Assembly (NCBI GenBank): GCA_002633005.1
Contig: NMRA01000116.1
Location: forward strand, 786,047 to 850,046
Length of the DNA stretch: 64,000 nt
Source of the DNA: Phoronis australis
Lineage: Eukaryota > Animalia > Phoronida
Direction of reading: 5' to 3'
Part shown: piece after piece, positions 15,001-24,801 of the stretch
Position numbering within the stretch: position 1 is the stretch's first letter
Layout of the letters: every line of letters begins with the position of its first letter
Notes under the pieces: model-generated
Seen by the model: the letters and a program-made list of their open reading frames with translations, nothing else
Databases searched by the model: none
Told to the model about the DNA's origin: nothing
Program-made: the position numbers and the translations under genes

Positions 15001-18000
15001 TAAATTACAGCTACTGGTTCTGCTATGATTACTTCCACTTAATACTAAGCTCATAGTTTAAAAGTATGAAAATGGCAAAATATCCTGGTTTCGTACTACA
15101 GGAAAATTCAGCGGTTGGTAACAAAACTCGCAAAACAGTGCTCAGTAAACATGAGGGATAATAAAAAAGAAAACAAAACAGCATTATTCAACACCATAGG
15201 AATGTACCTAAATCCTGTTTTATTTTGGAAAACATGTTCAGTACTTCCTCCTCCTTAGAAACATCACACTTGATTGGAATGAACTGACCTTTCGACCCTT
15301 TCACTTCTGCTTCTTCACATATTGACTGCAAATATAATCAGTTAACATACAATATTGCATGTAACATGACATTGACCAGTACATACAATCTATGACATGC
15401 CAAGTATTGTACGATAACACTTGGTTTACCTCAAAATCCAACTCTGCCAGGTGGTTTGGTAAGTGGTTCAATTATGTTGCAAACTCATCAGAATTAACGA
15501 GGGGCATAATGTAACAAGAGAATTTTAGGTTGTAAAGTCATATCTCTTATTTTTAAAATTCAAAAACCTAATCACCAGTGTACTTTTCACAAAATAGTCA
15601 AACGTGCTATTTAAATACTTTCAAAATGAAAAATTAAAAATACTATTGTTGCCTGAGGACTGAGATGTAATTAACTACAATAGCGTGTCATTGATCAATG
15701 CTGGCAACTTTCAAGATACGCAAACCAGTCAAGCTGCCCATTCTCGACCGGTGAGGGTATCAACGTAGGATTCTTTTCATGCACTGCAGTACATTGTGGG
15801 TAAATCTCCCAGAATCAGAGAGGGTGCTTTTGAATTTCGGAACTAAAAGTGGCCAAATAAGATTTTTCTTCCAATTCCGAGACATATAACTTCACTGAAA
15901 GAGAAAATGGTTCAATTGTGGTGGAGTCACATGTTGTCTTGCATCAGAAAACAGGTTTCTCATGATTGAAATTGTATGCAAGATGGCGCTGTGCCATCCA
16001 TTTTTTCAAATTTTTGTTTGATTTGATCCTCAATGCCCTTTACACGGTTTATCATTTACTGTAGGCCAACATTGGTGTAACGGATGCCAAATCGTTGATT
16101 GTTTTTGTTGGCTTCGGTATATAACCTGGCCATCACTTAGAAGGCACATGGCATAACGTGGAATTGTCATGAGGACCTCAGGGGTCTCGCGCTCCATTGG
16201 CTTATCTCCACTAATTTGAAAAGGCTTTGCCCAGTGTGTCATAAAAGAGACAATGATATCTACAGCTGATGCAGCAAGTAGAGCTACTCTTGTTTATCAC
16301 ATTGGTGTAGACTCACAGTAGAACTACCGTATGATTATCTGTTGAGCCCAGACCATCCGGAATTGCACCATATACCAACTCCGGATGGTCTCTCATGATG
16401 TTTTGTGGTATGGCACAAAGGCACTCGTTTCTATTCTGTAGAGTTATGTTTGAGTAGAATAAACTTATTTCGTGTTCAAGAGGTCTCTATTCAACCCCTA
16501 TACAAACATTACATTCTTCAGTGATTGAATCCAGTTTTTCAATTTCGCCAATCAGAGCTCTTTCGTGGTTCTCTAAATTAGGGACCGCTCATATCCGACC
16601 ATTGTCGACTGCTTTAATGAACATATGATTCCAAGTTCACGGATAAGCGACCTTGAAATTCTTATTCTTAGTCCACGAACAACACGGTGGCCGCCATTTG
16701 ATTGACTTCTTCACTAGCCGGGTCATGACTTAAAGGCGAAGGCAACCTTTTTTCATGTCATTTTTAGCAAAAATAAGGCTCGTTGATTATCCCAGACATA
16801 TTTTTCACTTATTTACTGCTTTTCGTAATTTAATTACTTACTCGTCATCTACTCTGGAAGTGACGTTTTGGGAGGCAAGAATTTCGCGCCAATTTCTTTT
16901 CATATAGTCTGACTGTGAGAGCAGTCGAGTCAGTCATCGTTCTACCTCGGTTGTGATAAGTTCAGTTGTCGTTTGCTTTTGCTTACGAGTCAGCCAACAT
17001 GCCACGCTGTTGCTGAGTACTGGGGTGTACTCATTATCGTCTCACACGTGCTTTGGGTACCTTGCGTCGCTTTCCGAAGGATGACACACTTCATCGTACT
17101 TGGCTAGCTCGTTCATGTGAAGAACGCAGCGCTACCCGTCCACGCAACATACAAAGCAGTGGAGGGTTATCGAGTGTATGGCAAGCATTTTCTGCAGTTA
17201 GACTATGACAGATATGTATGCTGAACTGATGAACGTCCCTGCGAAACAACGCCTGAAGAAGTACCATACCGTCGCTGGGGCCCAGCAGTGCCCCGTCGCC
17301 AACCCCGAGAAGTGCGTTTTTGAAGCGAGAAGCCTCGCGAGCTGTGGCCACTATATACATTGACTGGAGGTACTTCATCTGCTGTCACCCGTGCCTCCAA
17401 ACGTACCCCCATTGCGTGCAATTACGGGAACTAGCATTGATTCACCCTGTGCTGTTGTCTCTAGCCCAGAGTCTGTAAGCAGCCCTGCAGCGATGTTGAG
17501 TAGTGGGAGTGAATACAGGGCCAGTTCAACACCCAGTGAAGAGGACAGTTCGTCATCCAATGAACAGATCGGTGAGCCTAAGTTTGATAAGTTTATTGTG
17601 GACTTGTATTGGAGCTATTTGGAAGGTGCCAGGTGTGTGGCGAGGGAGTCACACGGCGGGATGTAAGCAGTTTGGGTGCTCAGATGCTTCAGTGGGAGTG
17701 TGTTGCGGGACACTCGGGCAAGTGGAACAGTTCTTCCTCTGTACTTGAGACGATAATGAGTACACCCCAGTATGCAGCAACAGCGTGGCATGTTGGCTGA
17801 CTCATAAGCAAAAGCAAACGACGACCGAACTTATCACAACCGAGGTAGAACGATGATTGACTCGACTGCTCTCACAGTTAGACTATATGAAAAGAAATTG
17901 GCGCGAAATTCTTGCCTCCCAAAGCGTCACTTCCAGATTAGACGACAAGTAATTAAATTACGAAAAGCAGTAAATAAGTGAAAAATATGTCTGGGATAAT

Positions 18001-19797
18001 CAACGAGCCTTATTTTTGCTAAAAATGACATGAAAAAAGGTTGCCTTCGCCTTTAAGCCAAGACATGTGGTGGGCTTTGAGTATGGTACTAGTAAGTTAG
18101 AAGTCGTCATCAAAAACCAATCACTTGTCTTAACCTGTTGGTCCAAAGCAACTAGACACGTAACCCATCTGTAAATAAGTAGTTACAAGTCAGGGAAGTC
18201 AATCTGGTGTGTGTGAACTTGGAATCCTGCTTAATCTCAAGATCGCACGTCATTGCATGAACTTGGAAATGAATATTCATTTGGTCAATCAGGTGAAACT
18301 TTTTGTTCATTGTAATTATTGGCCTCATGGTCACCCATTTTCTCCTGTACCGGAACTTGTGCCAAATAATCGCGGGTTTATGTGAACAGTTAAATCATAG
18401 GCGGATTTAGGGGGGGGCCCAGGGGGCCCGGGCCCCCCCCCCTTGGCTACCGCAAAAAAAATAAAACAGTAAGAGCGTAGGGAAATAAATGTTGAGTTTA
18501 TTAATCAACCCCGGTAATTAAAAGTATACGGATGAAAAAAGATTTAAATGTGTGCAGTTTTAGTGTTGGGGGGGGGGGGCTCAAATCCAATTTCAAGTGT
18601 CAAATTCGGAACACGGCGCATTCGTAACGGAACTATGGCTAAGTATAGGCTCTCCCGCGATATCCCAAGCGACCGGCAGTGGCGCTGCGCACTACGACTC
18701 AGTTTCCGTCGTCTGCTCCACTGTGCAATGAAGAAAATTTACTTCATTTTTTAAAGAAAATGGAACCTGAGTGACGATGAAAAAACAGAAGCTGCTGGTA
18801 AGATGGGAATTTTAATAGAAGCCTTAGTGAATCACTCAGAAACTCGCAATACTCTCTTTGTCAAACCTTATGTTAAGACGATTTCCAAAGCAATCCCCGG
18901 TCATTATTGCCAACACGAATAACGGATTTGGTCTTTTGGGCATTTTAAGACTATTATGAATACGACAAATTTGTTAAGAATCGATGGCAATAAGCATTAC
19001 AAAAAGAAGTAGGTTTCGCGCGCAAACGCTGTGGACCTTAAACAAGTACGTCTCTTAGTAAGTGATTAGTAGCTAAATCGTGGTGGTGTAGTGGTAACGC
19101 AAGCGCGCTCTATGCGCAAGGTCGTGAGTTCGAGTCTTTGGTACTTGCAGTTTTTCCTGTTTGACGCGTTCTTCGTGTTTTTTTTTGCCTTTTTTCTTGG
19201 TTAATACTTCAGAAATCAAGGAAAATAATTGTTTTTTAGAGGTCAAAACAGAAAAATTTCCCCCATTTGGTGCTATGCGCATCTACAATCGTGGTTCAGT
19301 TTGCGCAAATGTTTACAGCTGGACAAAATGTTGGGCCCCCCCCTTGTGATATCCTAGATCCGCCACTGTAAATCAATTAGTTTTTGATGAATAAGATCGC
19401 CAATAGTTGAAAAAATATTGGTTCTGGCAAACTTAACAGTATTTTATTAACACGAGTCATTTTACTCAGTGCAGTGCAAATGTTTGCCTACGTGAACGAG
19501 GTTATTTCAGTAAACATGTCAAGTTTCCACGAGTAATCCAAGTTCGCGCATACGCGATCTTGAGACAAAGCAAGATTCTAAGTTCACGCACAACAAATCA
19601 AGTGCAGGCAGTGACTGTGTCGTGTTTCATACAAGTGTACCTAGTCACTAACACGCGCCATTCACCTGCAGTTTTTCAAAGCGTCTGGCGCAACCTACAA
19701 CTTTGAGTCCATGTTGGACAAGAAGTCTGGCAGTTTCCGCACCAATACCGTCTGAAGCACCGGTCACCAATGCCACTCGTCCAAACCATCGCTCCAT
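9067..19797 (-). CDS. DHRS11: Short-chain dehydrogenase/reductase, DHRS11-like, 255 aa; exons 19797-19666, 15325-15208, 14562-14471, 13703-13609, 12125-11999, 11449-11354, 10485-10420, 9108-9067
   Basis: The eight GT-AG exons sum to 768 nt in frame. MERWFGRVALVTGASDGIG (TGxxxGIG), GGVDVCINNA, DDGHIINVSSMSG, catalytic YSATK, ISPGFVET and C-terminal VHDILIRPTEQKS*. Confidence 0.93.
9905..10380 (-). mobile_element. Decayed non-LTR retrotransposon 3' end in DHRS11 last intron
   Basis: RFCKLYNSGSVGDKYHVVLVC resembles the RxCxxC...GDExH...C C-terminal motif; minus-strand AATAAA near 9910. Confidence 0.55.
12180..13440 (+). mobile_element. Helentron-associated (HINE/DINE-like) non-autonomous element with internal ~145-bp subrepeats
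   Basis: 5' AACAAGAG..TGTGCCCAC, internal tandem units with ~430-bp higher-order period, GACG microsatellite near 13390, 3' stem-loop ATGCGTCCACATAT-aa-ATATGTGGGTGCAT, then an A run. Confidence 0.65.
13943..14111. mobile_element. ~170-bp MITE; inverted copy at ~31765-31941
   Basis: Termini resemble AATTGACCTATCGC / GCGATAGGTCAATT; shared core TGACCAATCAGAACGCAGCATTC..GACACACC. Confidence 0.6.
14773..14989. mobile_element. ~220-bp MITE; same terminus at ~33435
   Basis: Perfect 20-bp inverted repeat GTCACTCATATTGACAAGGT / ACCTTGTCAATATGAGTGAC. Confidence 0.6.
15470..15782. repeat. Interspersed repeat; second copy at ~29205-29584
   Basis: Colinear blocks from CAATTATGTTGCA..CAGAATTAA through AATTTTAGGTTGTAAA to TAGGATTCTTTTCATG. 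Confidence 0.65.
16734..18052 (+). mobile_element. Non-autonomous Kolobok-type DNA transposon with decayed THAP-transposase sequence, ~310-bp inverted repeats, TTAA TSD
   Basis: TTAA at 16730-16733 and 18053-18056; termini AGGCGAAGG...CCTTCGCCT; arms 16734-17044 and 17746-18052. TTAA with RR..YY ends is the described Kolobok signature. Confidence 0.82.
16999..17745 (+). pseudogene. Frameshifted THAP zinc finger plus start of transposase
   Basis: MPRCC*VLGC..LRRFPKDDTLHRTW / YRVYGKHF..DYDR / RLKK..TIPS (THAP C2CH, FP, W and AVPT-like motifs), a Ser-rich linker, then KFIVD../LELFGRCQVCG..WECVAGHSGKWNS. Confidence 0.75.
18208..19593. mobile_element. Older MITE of the 53902-54302 family, split by the nested 5-bp-TSD element
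   Basis: Same TIR at both ends (GTGAACTTGGAATCCTGCTTAATCTCAAGATCGC / GCGATCTTGAGAC..GCAAGATTCTAAGTTCAC); internal similarity continues across the insertion. Confidence 0.7.
18396..19368. mobile_element. ~970-bp non-autonomous DNA transposon with 5-bp TSD (hAT5-like MITE), copy 1
   Basis: Imperfect TIRs CATAGGCGGATTTAGG...CCTAGATCCGCCACTG flanked by TAAAT on both sides; GGGCCC-rich subtermini. Confidence 0.85.
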
Positions 19798-20360
19798 CCT
19801 TGGATTCTACGTGTGAGCCAAACACCGCCAGAGGTCTCTCAAATTAGATATTCGCTCGGGGGGTGGGGGATACCGACCACAGGTAGCAAACAAGGGTGAT
19901 CATGCCGTTCAGAACTACAGTCTGAGTCCTAGTCTAGTGACTATGTCCAGAATCATTGAACCACGTCGTATTACTCCCAGCTGTATTACACGAGGAGTGA
20001 GCATTGGCATGTACTCGGTGCCACAGTCCGGGCGTTATGATGCCGGGGGGTGCAGCTGTGACTGACGGATGACTCGCGCTGCCAAAGGCGACGCTCCCAG
20101 CGCCATTTTTGGGAGCTTTCGTGAAATAGTCGCTGTTTTGAGATTTTTTCCTGGAACACCACCCATTTGGAGACATTGGACGAAATATTGAAATTTAAAG
20201 TGCTGGTGCGAGAGCAACACGGTCATCGTCGGGACTAATAAATACAGTGTAGACTAAAAAGGAAACGTATTTCAGTCGAACTTCCGCGGTCAGTGGTCTA
20301 AATCAGTGAGTACCTAAGTTGTGCCGAGGTCGGAAGGTGCACAGCCGCTTTTCACTGAGT
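19798..20360. promoter_or_regulatory. CpG-rich promoter region of the DHRS11-like gene
   Basis: GC/CpG-enriched stretch directly upstream of the ATG at 19797; YY1-like GCGCCATTTT at ~20100. Confidence 0.4.
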
Positions 20361-20929
20361 AATCAATTACTTCGCATACCAGGAACGGCCAAAACCATCC
20401 AACGTTGATTTATTTCATGATAGCCATCCACGAGATTTTTTTAAATTAAAACATTATTTTATTTGCCAAATTTGCAGTTTCAGTGATTTCTAATTTCGTG
20501 ACACTTGAAGCCTTTTTGTCCATGTTAAAGTCTTTCAGTTGTTTTTCACGCTTGTCAAAGGTTTTGAACATCGATCTCATATATTTGCGAGAAATACCTG
20601 TGCCAGAGGTAAGGCCTATGAGTTTCCCAGCCTTTGAGAACGAATCGCTGTACCACGTGCCCGCCACTGCACGTAAAAATGTGCATTATTTTGGATACAG
20701 AAGCATCGGTTGTAAATGGCTCGCGATTTCTTACTCTTCAGTTTTACCGATTTCAGAAGACTTATAGCTGGACGCTGAGTGTATGGTCAGTACGTGCTTC
20801 TAACTCGGTTACAAATAGAAAGTAAAAAAAGTTTTTTAGTTAAAACACATTTTGTGACTCTGGCAAATTTTGGCAAAAAAATTCGAAAGGTACTGGTGAT
20901 TGTGACATTTTTCTGACAACTTTGTTTCA

Positions 20930-21593
20930 AAATCCAAAAGGACTGTTAGAAAAATTGGAAAATACTTTTGCTTTTGCAAGATCAATGACCGAATGGAACT
21001 GTTTTCTAGACTCAGATGGTTTCAAATGAAAATTGTACGTATAATTTTAGCAACAAATAACCCTTAAATGCGAATTGGTATTTCTCCAACTGACCGATGT
21101 ACCTTTTGTAGGAATGAACCTGAAAGTTTAGAGCATTTATTTTGGGGTTGCACTTTTGTTAAGCCTTTTTGGAAAAGAATAGCTGAATATTATATTCACG
21201 CAAAAAACGTCGATATATCAATAGATTTTCAGACTGTTATATTTGGTAAAATTGGAAAAGCGAATGACATTTGAATCTTATCATTCTTTTGGCCAAAAAG
21301 CATATATACTGTAGAAAGCTGGAAGTAGAACCTCCATCCATAACACTTTTCAAAAAAGAATTAGAGATTTATTTCACATTCGAAAAATATAAGTATTGTA
21401 AAATGGATTAGGAGACACATTTCTTCAAAGATGGTCCGTTTTTTCCTCTTTAAAATGAAATGCAGTTGGTGTTTTTGGTTTGTGAAATTGATTTTTCGGT
21501 GAAACGTGTGCCTGTGTGATGTCATTAGGGATTTCTGTCTCTGTACTGTGTTATTATTATAATAAATGTTAAAAAGTTAATAAAAAATAAAAA
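20930..21593 (+). mobile_element. 3' fragment of an L1/Tx1-type non-LTR retrotransposon
   Basis: zf-RVT-like peptide CTFCRNEPESLEHLFWGC..VKPFW with stops either side, followed by AATAAA and an A-rich tail. Confidence 0.75.
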
Positions 21594-23229
21594 TTATTTC
21601 TTGATATTTTTAAAAAGTTAAAAATAACTTAAAATTGCAAATTGGAACACATATTCTAATTTCTATTAGTACTTTTCACGGAGCCCTGATCACCACCGGT
21701 GGATCTGAAGGGGGGGGGGGGGGGGGGGGGGGAGATTATTGACTATGCTTAACCAGTAAAATAATGCTTTTGGCCTTAAAACCCCATTCATATGTCTTAG
21801 GCTGTGTGGTTTTGTTTTCCGGTCCATTTCCAATACACATGAACATCCCGGCACGGTGTGGTGAAACATACGTGCAAGTCCAGTTTCATTCATACAATGT
21901 TTCAGAAATTTGCTCTGCTTTGTTGTACAAGTTTTCCACACAGGGGCCCATTCGCTTAACTCCGGGTATCAGCACAACATAAACAGGCATGGCACGTATA
22001 CCAAGATGCCCGCTAAACACGACATAATTAAGTGACATGACGTATTTAGGGCAAACAACAATAGGCCACAACTAAAAAAAAATTCGGATGTCAATGTCCC
22101 CAAATACATAACAATTGCAGAAGTAACTGACATTTATTCATAAATGAACTCGACAAAAACAGCTCACTCGTGCCTTGTAGTTCACTGAGAAAAGGGCCAA
22201 CATGAGACAACTCCTATGCTCACATTTGGGGGTTTACTGACTCCGGCACCTCCTAAGCGAGCCTGAACCAGACTGTGACTAACCAATTCTCATTGGACTA
22301 ATCCATCCCAATGGATTCACGAATTCTCAGAGCTTCGCTGCGATGCTGATGGAAGAAAACTTTTTGGTAATTTCTCTTATAATGCATCGATTTTAAAAAT
22401 TCAAAGAAGGCTTCGTTCACCTTACTTGTTCCTTTTTTGATTATGAAACTCGTGCACTAAACAGGCGTGTTGGTTCAGGACCGCAATTACCTCATCCAAC
22501 ACGTTCAGCCAAGCCCATGAATAGCGACTAGCTCACTTCAATCCGTGATGGTGCCATCAAGCCGTTGATGTTTTGAGGACTTAGGTGGATACTCTGGGGG
22601 TAAACTGTGCATGTGGTTTCTCATCCACTTGCATGCAAATCCTATTAGTGGAAGATTTGCCAATTTACCTGATTAAATACACATTCCAGTCAATTAAAAA
22701 ACATCTTCAGCTAAATACTAAATTGTATTTTCACCCTAATTTCACAATCAGTACCCTTTAACACTTGTATAAATGCCTTCTGGTGAATTAGAAATACTTG
22801 CTGCAGAGTTTCACCAGATGGAACAACACAAGAACAACAGAGATTTCATAGGAAATGCGTAAAGCCTATAAAATGTAAATCAGATATTTGAATAATATTT
22901 ACAAAAATGTAAAGTAAAACAATTCTTAAAAATATAACAAATCCATTTATATCACAGAAATAAGGGTAGAAATGCGACTACCATTCCTAAATAACACAGC
23001 ACACACTTAACTTCCACTGTAAGTATTTTCCTGCTAAGAACATCATGTATTGCAAAGCAAATAGACCTCAGGGTCCTTTCACAATCACAATAACGTAAAC
23101 AGCACAATTGCAGTGAGATAGCACATACAGGCTCTTTGAACCTCCTCTGATCAGCCTTCAACAAAAATTTGGCACTATTTTCCAGCTCTGTTACAGTGCC
23201 ACAGGACATCCAATTTACAAAAACTTCAG

Positions 23230-23560
23230 TTTGTTTATTCCAATCTGGACATTAGGTAAAAACTGGTTTTCGGCAAATATTGTACACGAACTTCATCCTT
23301 TCCAGTACTTCCTTTCCAAACAATACACTTACTTTGATTTTAATGGATTCCTAACTGTCGTCGGTTCTCAATCATTAACACACGATTTGAACAGCGAAAT
23401 TTGGCCAACTGTATTCTGAATACTGGCCTGCATATTGCTGTAATATACATATCCATTACAGATTTTTTTAACCGTGCCTATACATACTCAATTGACTATT
23501 TGATATATACTTCTGAAAGCCAGCTTTGATCTTCAACATCAAAACGTGGCTGCTTAAAAA
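23230..23560 (-). mobile_element. Decayed non-LTR retrotransposon ORF2 C-terminal fragment
   Basis: Manual minus-strand translation LAKFRCSNRVLMIENRRQLGIH*NQSKCIVW...KDE resembles the FRxSNHxLxIExGR..C..C..DExH motif. Confidence 0.5.
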
Positions 23561-24801
23561 CCTCAAGAAATGGAATCGTATTTCCTACAACTCGACTAGC
23601 AGTACCTCTAATCCCCAAAGACATACACAAAATGCAATTTTCTTTACATCCGAAGACCAACAATTTTTGTTCTTCTCTGCCACCTAATATTGTGTGTCTT
23701 TGTCTGCGGTTACTAGGTTACCAATTTAACCAGTTATTTAATGAACTTGAGTAGTCTTTGAGAGCGCATTGTGCATCTTCCTTATCTTCATATTCTGAAG
23801 TTGTATCTATTCAGACACAATTCAGATACCAATTTTCCTATTTTCACAAACATCGTTATATTATGACATTTAAATAACTTGCACTTCACATAATAAGATC
23901 ATCCCACCAACCGCTATCAAAAACCTTTTTAAAATCAACAAAAACAGTATAAGCTACTCGTGAACTTTAAAGTGTAATTAATTGATATTGTCAAAGTGAT
24001 TTTAGTTACAGTAGGAAACAACTTTTCATTACCAATATATAGTCAACTATGCTACAACCACGAGACGCAACACATATCAAGATCTTCAGCTAAAGCAGTA
24101 CCGTTCAAGACATAGAAAAGTCTCCTGGTGAATTAAATTGCCTCAAAGTTTCACCAGATGGAACAACACGAGAGCAAGAGAGAATTTAAGAGGACATGAG
24201 TAAAATGTATAAAAAACAAAGCTGACATTTAAATAATAACAGGAAGTGTAAACCAAAATAATTCTCCAAAACATAACAAATCCATTTACATCACAGAAAC
24301 AAGGGTAGAAATGGGACTGCCATTTCTGAATAACACAGTAGACACTTGATCTCCACGTCTGAGTATTTTGCTGTTAAGGACATCCTCAATCTGCAAAACC
24401 AAAACAAGTGGTTCAAAACAGACTCAATTTGATTTTCATGTATCAAATTATGAAAATCAACAAAGGCCAGCTTATGTTTATGAAACATTTGGAAAATTTT
24501 ATGGTCTATTTAAATGACGCCATTAGTGTACAAAACAGAGAAAACTTATTAGAATTTCCAAAGTATGTAATTCCCTATATTTGGAGATAATGTTTAATCA
24601 CAACACTGTTAACATTCAGATTGGCTACGGCAGTTCACAGACCTCTTACTATCAGATGTTGGTAAATCTCTAAAATTCCATGATCACAGAATTCCCTTTT
24701 AAAGATATTTTCATCCAACTTTTTAAGTATACAAATTCGGAGTATACACGCTTTAGAGTATAGAACAAGGAAAACTGAGTCTGTTAATAGATCTTATTAT
24801 T

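Noticed and set aside
17014-17016. In-frame TGA at a Cys position (selenocysteine?)
   Set aside because: The inverted copy has TGC here and the ORF is also frameshifted, so this is ordinary pseudogene decay.
17091-17800. Cluster of overlapping short ORFs as host genes
   Set aside because: Explained by the GC-rich transposase relic and its antisense frames.
19078-19150. Functional tRNA gene
   Set aside because: No convincing acceptor stem, non-canonical anticodon loop, and located inside a MITE.
21708-21733. Poly-G run as a functional G-quadruplex
   Set aside because: It follows GGTGGATCTGAA, resembling a decayed terminus of the GGCGGATCTAGG MITE type; homopolymer length is unreliable.
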